In this document: piece after piece, positions 37,044 to 43,764 of the stretch
Numbering within the stretch: the stretch's first letter is position 1
How the letters are laid out: the number at the start of each line of letters is the position of its first letter
Assembly (NCBI GenBank): GCA_937930265.1
Contig: CALGLI010000230.1
Coordinates: 1-43,764, forward strand
DNA from: an uncultured Veillonella sp.
Lineage (GTDB): Bacteria; Bacillota; Negativicutes; Veillonellales; Veillonellaceae
Length of the DNA stretch: 43,764 bases
Direction: 5' to 3'
Position numbers and translations under genes: made by a program
The notes under the pieces: generated by a model
Told to the model about the DNA's origin: nothing
Database searches by the model: none
Seen by the model: only the letters and a program-made list of their open reading frames with translations

Positions 37044-37214
37044 TTACTCATTGCCGTGAGTGCGAGCATTTTTACTTTTACGGCGAACATGTTCATCGTG
37101 GCAACGCTTACATACTCTAATTGCCTTACGATTAATCTCGTCATAAATGTAGTTATAAGTGTATGGGATTAGCCTAACACCGCATTTTGTGCATATTCGA
37201 ACAAAAGACCTCAT
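37044..37214 (-). CDS. Small Zn-finger protein
   Basis: CTKC...CKRC; ATG 37214 overlaps the stop of a 12-codon upstream ORF (track start 37229). Confidence 0.6.
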   Translation of the reverse strand: MRSFVRICTKCGVRLIPYTYNYIYDEINRKAIRVCKRCHDEHVRRKSKNARTHGNE

Positions 37215-37259
37215 CGTATTAGCACCCAAATCACATCAATACCTTCCATATTTTCCCTC

Positions 37260-37470
37260 CTATTTGTGATACGGATTGCGGCAGTATTCACCACAATTTC
37301 TTACTACAGGAATGTGATATATAACATCTTCCTGCTCTTCAGTATCCATTTCAGCTTTGTCTCTTTTAAAGCCATAAACGGATATAGCCAAGCCTGCGAG
37401 TGCCTGTACCCCAAACTGTATATATCCAATTTGGTCGAGTTCTAAGGCCCCCATCGAACCGGCGATAAGG
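37260..37470 (-). pseudogene. 5'-truncated homologue of the membrane protein at 37746..37961
   Basis: LIAGSMGALELDQIG aligns with IIGTVGSLDLDRIG; no upstream in-frame start or SD. Confidence 0.55.
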
Positions 37471-37594
37471 CCTTTAGCCGGGCTTTCATGGTTCTAACCT
37501 TACCGTTCGGCCATCCGAGGAAATTTTCCATTTCCTCATTGGTCTGTACACCACTATCGTTGTAGGCGTTGTACAGAATTTCTTGATCTGTCAT
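37442..37594 (-). pseudogene. Short, probably 3'-truncated HTH-like ORF (MTDQEILYNAYNDSGVQTNEEMENFLGW...)
   Basis: SD GAGGAG; runs out of frame into the truncated membrane gene. Confidence 0.5.
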
Positions 37595-37746
37595 TTCTGT
37601 CTCCTCTGTTTTACGATTTGATGTATTTCTTTACATTTTTTACACACGGCGCGCGGTGCGCCTGTCGTAAAGCTCCAATAATGGTAGGGGCCTTTTAGTC
37701 TCTTATTGCATCTCGTACAGCGCTGAGTTCTCATACGTACTACCAT
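37591..37746 (-). CDS. Small Zn-finger protein (51 aa)
   Basis: RCTRC...VCKKC; coupled at both ends; below the track cutoff. Confidence 0.65.
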   Translation of the reverse strand: MVVRMRTQRCTRCNKRLKGPYHYWSFTTGAPRAVCKKCKEIHQIVKQRRQK

Positions 37747-37961
37747 TAAAACCTATAATACATAGGGCTCTGTACCTGACGGCTACGCATTAATTTACGG
37801 CGCAATCGTCTGACCTCAATTCTGTAATCAGATACCATCCAAGCCATGATGCCACATGCCACTTGAAACAACGCTTGTGCAAAGCCAATGCGGTCAAGAT
37901 CTAAACTGCCTACCGTACCGATTATCATCAATAGGCCGATTCCTTTAAGCATCCCGTTCAT
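37746..37961 (-). CDS. Small membrane protein
   Basis: Two hydrophobic segments and a basic tail. Confidence 0.7.
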   Translation of the reverse strand: MNGMLKGIGLLMIIGTVGSLDLDRIGFAQALFQVACGIMAWMVSDYRIEVRRLRRKLMRSRQVQSPMYYRF

Positions 37962-38197
37962 ATGATATGCGCCTCCTTAAATGCTTCATTAATTTTTTCT
38001 TCTGGCCAGCCTAGCGTGTTGGCCAAGTAGAACCGGAACCCTTCTCTATCAATTGAAAAGGTGCGACCCTTTTTGCCTTTCGTTTGCCAGCATTGTGCAA
38101 ACGGAAACTTATCTTTTGCGATACATTCACGTATCGCGGTCATGGTTCTTCCCAATACCGTGGCCATTTGATTAACTGATATTGTCTTAACTAACAT
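37958..38197 (-). CDS. Excisionase-like HTH protein
   Basis: ISVNQMATVLGRTMTAIRECIAKDKFPFA; start ATG 38197 after AAGGAG (track ORF is over-extended). Confidence 0.75.
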   Translation of the reverse strand: MLVKTISVNQMATVLGRTMTAIRECIAKDKFPFAQCWQTKGKKGRTFSIDREGFRFYLANTLGWPEEKINEAFKEAHII

Positions 38198-38267
38198 GAT
38201 TATCTCCTTTTTTATTTCATCTATTTTTTTATAATTGGTATAATCACCTTGAAAGGAGGTGATTATA

Positions 38268-38861
38268 ATGAAATTCAAAATGCCGGTTGACCCATTTAAA
38301 AATATGTCTGAATTATTTACTGTAATACGAAATGATAAAGTAATCGCTGACAAAGTGTATGGATTTTTCTGTTCTAGTAAATATCCAAACTCCATTCAAA
38401 CATTAGAATTTTCAGATATAATAGAGGGCGATATCTTGGTTCATAACAAAAAGAACTACCATGTTATAGATGTAAAACCTCTAGGAATGACTGATGGTGT
38501 CCTTTTAAAATATGAAACAGACTATCAGCGTTCTCATAAACGCTCTAATGCAACCAATATATTTAACATTGGCACTATAAATGGAAATTCTATAATTGGA
38601 TCACAAGAGAATGTTTCAATTTCTATAGATCAATCCATAAATTCAATTTCCAATCTAATTGACAATGACAAAAATATATCTATGGAAGAAAAAGAAGCGT
38701 TTAGAAAAATGCTCCAGTTGCTAGAAGTAAACTTAAGTAATGATATTCCCGTACAAAAAGGTCTATTATCAAAATTTTCTGATGTACTCCACAAGCATCA
38801 ACATATTGCTATCGCAGTTATGCAGATGCTATTTACTTTTGCTACCGCTCAGAGCAAATAA
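38268..38861 (+). CDS. AT-rich accessory protein, antisense to the early operon
   Basis: Extended -10 TGGTATAAT and SD GAAAGGAGGTGA upstream of ATG 38268. Confidence 0.75.
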   Translation: MKFKMPVDPFKNMSELFTVIRNDKVIADKVYGFFCSSKYPNSIQTLEFSDIIEGDILVHNKKNYHVIDVKPLGMTDGVLLKYETDYQRSHKRSNATNIFNIGTINGNSIIGSQENVSISIDQSINSISNLIDNDKNISMEEKEAFRKMLQLLEVNLSNDIPVQKGLLSKFSDVLHKHQHIAIAVMQMLFTFATAQSK

Positions 38862-39104
38862 TTCATCTATATCTTTTGCACATTTATTTTGAATTGATAA
38901 GGCTAATTGATTAATTAATGATGCATCTTTCCAAATAGATAATTTATTATTTTGTGATTCTTCTAGATTAGTTAGTGCATCAGATAACACAATTATTTTG
39001 TCAGATAATTCAATAATTATTTGTGGATCATCCACTTGTTTTTGCAACTCCGTCAATAGTTCCAGTTGTTGACGGAGTATTTTAATATGTTTTTCCTCTT
39101 TCAT
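38829..39104 (-). CDS. Hypothetical helical protein
   Basis: ORF with SD GAAGGGG downstream of cro. Confidence 0.6.
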   Translation of the reverse strand: MKEEKHIKILRQQLELLTELQKQVDDPQIIIELSDKIIVLSDALTNLEESQNNKLSIWKDASLINQLALSIQNKCAKDIDELFALSGSKSK

Positions 39105-39123
39105 CTATTCCCCTTCTTTCTTA

Positions 39124-39149
39124 CCACTAACTTTTGTTAGTGGCTTTTT
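39124..39149 (+). terminator. Intrinsic terminator on + strand
   Basis: CCACTAAC-TTTT-GTTAGTGG followed by CTTTTT. Confidence 0.6.
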
Positions 39150-39174
39150 ATTTACCCATTTGATTTCACCTCTT

Positions 39175-39405
39175 CTAACTTATAACTTGTATATTATGCA
39201 AGTTACTGTGTAAAAAAATATCTACTCTACTAGAGCAGTCTAAACCAAGCCAATCACTAATCATTGTAGCTTCTACTACATCAAATTGTGTTTTCCCATT
39301 CATTTTACTATTAATGGTTGTGATAGATACATCTAATAACTCCGCTAAATCCGCATATGTTTTCTTATGTTCTACCAACAACCCTTTTAATTTTTCTAGT
39401 TTCAT
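39175..39405 (-). CDS. Cro-like XRE HTH regulator
   Basis: TYADLAELLDVSITTINSKMNGKTQF; divergent from CI. Confidence 0.88.
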   Translation of the reverse strand: MKLEKLKGLLVEHKKTYADLAELLDVSITTINSKMNGKTQFDVVEATMISDWLGLDCSSRVDIFLHSNLHNIQVIS

Positions 39406-39422
39406 CTTTTCACCTCACTTTT

Positions 39423-39535
39423 CTTGCACCTTATGCAAGTTTCTGATTACATGATAAGCCTATTACTAAAACATGTCAACCACCCTATGCAAGATTTTAT
39501 AAAAGTTTTATAATTTTTCTTGAGTTTTATTCAAG
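39423..39535. promoter_or_regulatory. Genetic switch: 17-bp operators CTTG-N9-CAAG (39423-39439, 39519-39535; half site to 39493) and lytic promoter TTGACA-17-TATCAT (39479..39451, minus)
   Basis: Repeated dyads CTTGCACCTTATGCAAG and CTTGAGTTTTATTCAAG; near-consensus promoter between them. Confidence 0.75.
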
Positions 39536-39584
39536 TTTATTGTAATATATGTTTGTAAGGGCGATTCTTATTTGGAGGCATATT

Positions 39585-39986
39585 ATGAGTAACGATGAAA
39601 GAAATACAATAAATAAAGAAATAGGAGAACGAATTAAATCCATTAGAAAACAAAAAGGCATAACATTAGCTGACCTAGGAGCAAGATTAGGTATTAGTGA
39701 AAGTAATATGCAAAGATATGAATCTGGTAAAATTGCTAGTGTTTCTATTGATTTTATTAATAGATTAGCTCCTATATTAGAAGTAAAGCCAGAATGGTTA
39801 ATTGGTTGGGATAAAGATGATACTCCTCAAGGTTACTATCTTGATTCTGAAACTGCTGAATACGCTGAATACCTTCGTACACGCCCAGGTGCTCGTATGC
39901 TATTTTCTGCAGCAAAAGATATATCTAAGGAGGAAATGGAAGAAACAGCCAGATACATTGAATTCTTAAAATCCAAACATAAGTAA
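39585..39986 (+). CDS. CI-like (ImmR-type) XRE repressor
   Basis: IGERIKSIRKQKGITLADLG...MQRYESG...PEWLIGW; SD GGAGG before ATG 39585. Confidence 0.92.
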   Translation: MSNDERNTINKEIGERIKSIRKQKGITLADLGARLGISESNMQRYESGKIASVSIDFINRLAPILEVKPEWLIGWDKDDTPQGYYLDSETAEYAEYLRTRPGARMLFSAAKDISKEEMEETARYIEFLKSKHK

Positions 39987-40001
39987 TATCTACAAGGGAG
40001 A

Positions 40002-40286
40002 GTGATATTATTGATTATTAATTTAATTTATTGTGACTTACCAAATGCTAAAGCGGTTTCTGAAGAGTCAGAGGATGTAGATACTCATAATATCTACATA
40101 AATAAAAACCTCCCTCGCGATCGTATGAGGGAGGAAATAAAACACGAATTGATGCACATTATTAACGACGACTTCTATTTAGATCAAAATGTCAATCTAG
40201 TTGAGCAAATGGTCCGTCGGACATGCATCGATGATACTGAATTAGAGAATATAGATTTCTACCACCATTATCTATCAGTATTATAA
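40002..40286 (+). CDS. ImmA/IrrE-like metallopeptidase (antirepressor)
   Basis: IYINKNL...KHELMHI (HExxH), directly after the repressor. Confidence 0.85.
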   Translation: MILLIINLIYCDLPNAKAVSEESEDVDTHNIYINKNLPRDRMREEIKHELMHIINDDFYLDQNVNLVEQMVRRTCIDDTELENIDFYHHYLSVL

Positions 40287-40311
40287 GGGATTATATAAAA
40301 GGGAGATAAAA

Positions 40312-40878
40312 ATGAAAAAAGTGCTAGTATCAGGGATTTTAATTACTACTTTATGTATTGCCGGCTGCGGGGGGCCTGTTGATAATATTAAAGATGCAAC
40401 AGGTTTATCAAAAGAGCAATCTCAGCAAGTACTTACCGAATTACAAAGCGTTGGGGTCACTGAATTCGGCAATGTAAATAAAGTAGCAGATCAGCAAGGT
40501 GTGTATTACATTGTTGATGAGAAGTATGGCCAAACATTCTTCCGCATCAAAAACGATAAAGTTAGTGAAATCGAAAATAGCTTCTCTACCGTTTACAAAA
40601 ATGGCCAAAAGACAGACGATATTAGCAAGGTCTATATTAGTGATCAACAAAAAGCAGCGTATCAAGTAGCCGCTAAAGACGCTGTATCCGCTAGACTAAA
40701 ATCACCATCCACGGCTAAATTTGATATCAAAAAAGTCATTCGTTATGACAATAGCGTTACTGTTCGTGGCACGGTTGACGCACAAAATGGATTTGGCGCA
40801 ATGGTTCGTGGTATATTCTTTGTAAAAATCAAAGCTGATACGGGAGAAGTAGATTCAGTCAGCATTAATAATTTATAA
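40312..40878 (+). CDS. Lipoprotein, possible superinfection exclusion
   Basis: Lipobox IAG-C; C-terminal LKSPSTAKF...VDAQNGFGA; lies in the lysogeny operon. Confidence 0.75.
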   Translation: MKKVLVSGILITTLCIAGCGGPVDNIKDATGLSKEQSQQVLTELQSVGVTEFGNVNKVADQQGVYYIVDEKYGQTFFRIKNDKVSEIENSFSTVYKNGQKTDDISKVYISDQQKAAYQVAAKDAVSARLKSPSTAKFDIKKVIRYDNSVTVRGTVDAQNGFGAMVRGIFFVKIKADTGEVDSVSINNL

Positions 40879-40894
40879 CAATCCTTGCACAGCG

Positions 40895-40970
40895 TGATAT
40901 AATAAGGGTACCAGTACCCATCCACGCTTCAGGGTTTAACAACTACAGCGCACCAGGATGGGTCTTTTTA
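40895..40970 (+). ncRNA. Candidate small RNA with own extended -10 promoter
   Basis: TGATATAAT (40895-40903); stem ACCCATCC/GGATGGGT (40916-40963) followed by CTTTTT. Confidence 0.45.
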
Positions 40971-40994
40971 TTATATCGTTTTGCAGATAAAAAA

Positions 40995-41099
40995 ATTCAG
41001 TACGTGCAAAAATTGCATATACTGAATATGGGCTTTATGCTAAAGAAGCCAGTTATTATGCGGGTTATTCCGAATTTGTTGACGTCAACAAATTCGGAA
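40995..41099. repeat. Two long palindromes (40995-41027 imperfect; 41068-41099 perfect 32 bp)
   Basis: ATTCAGTA..TGCAA-AAA-TTGCA..TACTGAAT and TTCCGAATTTGTTGACGTCAACAAATTCGGAA. Confidence 0.85.
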
Positions 41100-41223
41100 A
41101 AGAATACATTATTACTAACTTCACAAGTATAGATAAAAAAATGCTCTACTATAAAATGCCCATACCCTGCTATGAGGTAAGAGGCTTTATGATAAATTTT
41201 GTACGCATTTATGTGTAAATTTG

Positions 41224-41253
41224 TTGACTTTTGTGAAGTTATTTTAATATAAT
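41224..41253 (+). promoter_or_regulatory. Promoter TTGACT-18-TATAAT for the abi locus
   Basis: Near-consensus hexamers upstream of the structured leader. Confidence 0.75.
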
Positions 41254-41257
41254 GAGG

Positions 41258-41333
41258 ATAGCAGAAGAGTGTCGGATACCCTACGGGGCCCGATGCGAAG
41301 AAAAGCCTTCCTCATTGAGGAGGGCTTTTTCTT
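41258..41333 (+). ncRNA. Structured leader / candidate RNA antitoxin (abiF-motif-like) with terminator hairpin
   Basis: Stem 41269-41296 and terminator-like stem 41298-41333 that sequesters SD GAGGAGG. Confidence 0.6.
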
Positions 41334-42308
41334 TTGAAAGAATTCAAAACAATAGACGAGCAAATTCAAATACTTCTTGATAGAAACCTTATCATTAATG
41401 ATGTTGATAAAGCGAAAGCATATCTATTGAGCCAAAACTATTATAATATTATAAACGGGTATGCTAACTTTTTTCCCAGAGACAATAATGATAACTATAC
41501 ATCGAATACCACATTTGATGAAATTGCAAAGCTTTACCGGTTTGAAAAAGAATTAAAACAAGAACTGTTGAATGCTATTCTTAGTGCTGAGACTCATTTA
41601 AAAGCATTATTTTCACATCGCTTTTCTGAGACCTACGCCGATAAGCCTTACCCATATTTAGATATTAATTGCTACGCTCCTACTAGGCGTTTAGAGAGTG
41701 TTGAGACTATATCTAAACTATCTAAAACGCTGATTAAGTATAACTGTAATTATCATAGAAACTCTAGTATTTATCACTACATAAATAGTTATCAAAAAGT
41801 CCCTATGTGGGTTTTATCTAGCTATATTGAGTTTGGCACATTTAGATATCTATTATCTAACACCACCATATCAGTACAAAATAAAGTAGCACGGGATTGT
41901 ATAAGCTTTATAACCGAACATATCAAGAACCCAGGGCAATTTACCCCCGCTACAATGATAAGCTTTGTAAAAAACATTCACAGCATCAGAAATGTTTGTG
42001 CGCATGGTAATCGCTTGATTGGGCATCTTTGTCCTTCAGATGATCGATATTGGGCGCCATTACACACTAAATATGGTATTACATCAAATACGCCTAGGAA
42101 CACCACTTATGCTGTGTTTCTTTCGTTACAATGCTTCTTAAGTCGCATTGAATACGCCACATTACATAACTCTGTATTGAAGTTAACAAAGAAATTAGCT
42201 CCAAAACTTAGTTCTATCCATATAAATGATATTTTATTAAAATTAGGATTTCCACAAGATTGGCATTTACACGCTACTAAAATCAATCCAGCGGCCCCTC
42301 TTACATAA
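41334..42308 (+). CDS. Abi_2 (AbiD/AbiF) family abortive-infection protein, HEPN RNase
   Basis: KTIDEQIQILLDRNL, NYYNIINGY, TTFDEIAKLYRFE, VPMWVL, R-x4-H motif IRNVCAH, C-terminal LGFPQDW. Confidence 0.9.
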   Translation: MKEFKTIDEQIQILLDRNLIINDVDKAKAYLLSQNYYNIINGYANFFPRDNNDNYTSNTTFDEIAKLYRFEKELKQELLNAILSAETHLKALFSHRFSETYADKPYPYLDINCYAPTRRLESVETISKLSKTLIKYNCNYHRNSSIYHYINSYQKVPMWVLSSYIEFGTFRYLLSNTTISVQNKVARDCISFITEHIKNPGQFTPATMISFVKNIHSIRNVCAHGNRLIGHLCPSDDRYWAPLHTKYGITSNTPRNTTYAVFLSLQCFLSRIEYATLHNSVLKLTKKLAPKLSSIHINDILLKLGFPQDWHLHATKINPAAPLT

Positions 42309-42341
42309 AAAAAATAAGCCCTCACCGCAGTGAGGGCTATT
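42308..42341. terminator. Hairpin AGCCCTCAC-CGCA-GTGAGGGCT after abi (U-tract on minus strand)
   Basis: 9-bp perfect stem preceded by an A-run. Confidence 0.6.
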
Positions 42342-42435
42342 AAAAATATCATACCTTAGAGGTACTCTATTTTTACTCCACAATCATTATACCATACCTC
42401 TAAGGCTAATCACTATACCAAGGAGGATATATATT

Positions 42436-43521
42436 ATGGCCATGAAACGCGCCAATGGTACTGGCACCGTATATAAGATGAAACATAAGGCTCTACGCAA
42501 GCCATATCGAGCCGTGGTGACCCTTGGATATAACTCCGAGGGTAAACCCTTACGAAAATCCATAGGCACCTTTGCAACGCAAAAAGAAGCATATAATGCA
42601 TTATCAGCTTATGACGCAAACGCCCAACAATACGAAATCAAGGATACGACCTTTGGCCAATGTTGGGAATGGATGATTGAAGATAAGCTACGTAAAGGGG
42701 TTATCTTGGAAAAAGGCGGATATCTTTATAATAAAAAGAAGGTGGAGCACTTATTAAAAACCCCTATTAAAGATATAAGACTTGCCCATATGCAAGATGT
42801 TATTGACAGATATGCAGATAAGAGCCACACGACATTGGTACAGATAAAAACGGCTATGAAAGCAACTTTTGACGCTGCTATTAAAAATGATATAGTGGAT
42901 AAAAACTATGCTGCACTCGTCACTCTACCACAAAAGGTAAAGTCTGAAATTCATAAGCCATTCACCCCCGTCGAGATATTTCGCCTATGGGAACTAGCAG
43001 ATACCGATCGTGATGCTCGTGTGTTATTAGTGTACATATATACGGGAATGCGCCCAGGTGAAATACAAAGTATTAAATTGAAAGATGTTTATCTCAAGGA
43101 ACGCTATATGATAGGTGGTAGTAAAACTGCAGCGGGTAAAAATCGTATCATTCCTTTAGCGGATGCCATTTTGCCTATTATAAAAGAGTGGTATAAAATT
43201 AGCAGTTTTCAACGGAATGAGTATCTGCTCCCTAAAGACACCCCTAAACATTTATTAATCGCCATCCGTACCTATCTAAATAAGCATTTCCCAGGACACC
43301 TTCCACACGACGGGCGGCATACTTGTGCATCCTTATTAATTCACATTGGCATATCAGAAGCCACGACAAAAACGATACTAGGTCACCGGCATTCTGACGT
43401 AACGAATCAAGTATACATCCACAAAGACGTATCGGAGTTAGTAGAAGCTGTTAATAAATTGCCTACTAAAGATGCTCTTTTGAGCGACGACTATGTGTCT
43501 CTAACTTTTATGAAAGGGTGA
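42436..43521 (+). CDS. int: Prophage integrase (tyrosine recombinase)
   Basis: RANGTGTVYK arm-binding N-terminus; YTGMRPGE, HDGRHT, ILGH, VY; adjacent to att. Confidence 0.96.
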   Translation: MAMKRANGTGTVYKMKHKALRKPYRAVVTLGYNSEGKPLRKSIGTFATQKEAYNALSAYDANAQQYEIKDTTFGQCWEWMIEDKLRKGVILEKGGYLYNKKKVEHLLKTPIKDIRLAHMQDVIDRYADKSHTTLVQIKTAMKATFDAAIKNDIVDKNYAALVTLPQKVKSEIHKPFTPVEIFRLWELADTDRDARVLLVYIYTGMRPGEIQSIKLKDVYLKERYMIGGSKTAAGKNRIIPLADAILPIIKEWYKISSFQRNEYLLPKDTPKHLLIAIRTYLNKHFPGHLPHDGRHTCASLLIHIGISEATTKTILGHRHSDVTNQVYIHKDVSELVEAVNKLPTKDALLSDDYVSLTFMKG

Positions 43522-43538
43522 GCAACGGTTAAGCAACG
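43517..43538 (+). promoter_or_regulatory. Integrase arm-type sites (right)
   Basis: Tandem G(G/T)T(G/A)AGCAACG matching 115-136. Confidence 0.75.
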
Positions 43539-43577
43539 GTGCTGATTTTTAAAAATTTAAAACAGTTTTCTAAAGCA

Positions 43578-43613
43578 AAGAGCCCAGTAAATATAAGTAT
43601 TTACGGGGCTCTT
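43578..43613. terminator. Hairpin between the convergent int and host gene
   Basis: AAGAGCCC-A-GTAAATA / TATTTAC-G-GGGCTCTT. Confidence 0.65.
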
Positions 43614-43617
43614 AATT

Positions 43618-43764
43618 TCATTTTATTTGTTTATATAACATATAAAAGCCTGTTACGGCACCGATTAATCCAAAAATAACCATGCATAATGGCATGGTAT
43701 CCATCCATATATCCAGTTTATATCCTATCCAGATAAATCCACCGATACAAAATAGAAGGGTCAG
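43618..43764 (-). CDS. 3' part of host AtpZ/AtpI-family (ATP synthase gene 1) membrane protein
   Basis: ...LFCIGGFIWIGYKLDIWMDTMPLCMVIFGLIGAVTGFYMLYKQIK* shows the G-x-x-L-D-x4-T-x-P two-TM pattern of this family; partial at the window edge. Confidence 0.75.
   Translation of the reverse strand: MTLLFCIGGFIWIGYKLDIWMDTMPLCMVIFGLIGAVTGFYMLYKQIK
43628..43643. repeat. att core, right copy
   Basis: Exact match to 40-55. Confidence 0.9.

Larger units (their letters stand above)
40..43643. mobile_element. Complete temperate prophage (lambda-like head, P2/Mu-like contractile tail)
   Basis: Integration, immunity, replication, packaging, head, tail and lysis modules all lie between identical 16-bp direct repeats; the integrase is adjacent to the right repeat. 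Confidence 0.95.

Noticed and set aside
38198..38395. N-terminal extension of track ORF 37958..38395
   Set aside because: It overlaps the + strand gene and its promoter; a good SD supports the start at 38197.
1..43764. tRNA, rRNA, IS elements, introns or inteins
   Set aside because: None recognised by eye; terL, portal and capsid have normal lengths. A tRNAscan/Infernal run would be needed to exclude small RNAs formally.

Overview
The window is essentially one complete, apparently intact ~43.6 kb temperate myovirus prophage, bounded by a 16-bp direct repeat TGTTTATATAACATAT (40-55 and 43628-43643). It has a lambda-type head and terminase, a P2/Mu-type contractile tail and a tyrosine integrase. 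The host is inferred to be a low-GC Firmicute, probably a diderm Negativicute such as a Veillonella relative; this cannot be proven from the window. It is integrated in the last codons of a host AtpZ/AtpI-family (ATP synthase gene 1) gene and regenerates that gene's C-terminus. From right to left it carries integrase, an Abi_2/AbiF-like HEPN gene with a structured leader, a lipoprotein, ImmA-like protease, CI/Cro switch, early recombination/replication genes, a late activator, packaging, head, tail, lysis and a small accessory operon. Most notable: (1) a three-cassette tail-fibre shufflon (CCAAGGGGGAAA sites) with a dedicated tyrosine recombinase paralogous to the integrase; (2) two almost fully overlapping same-strand spanin-like genes sharing one Shine-Dalgarno; (3) an orphan type I-like methyltransferase with a split HsdS inserted between terL and gpW; (4) a 21-bp long-range RNA stem enclosing 163 nt in the late leader; (5) an AbiF-type RNA/HEPN toxin arrangement preceded by orphan palindromes and a candidate sRNA. 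All family calls come from motif recognition by eye, not database searches.
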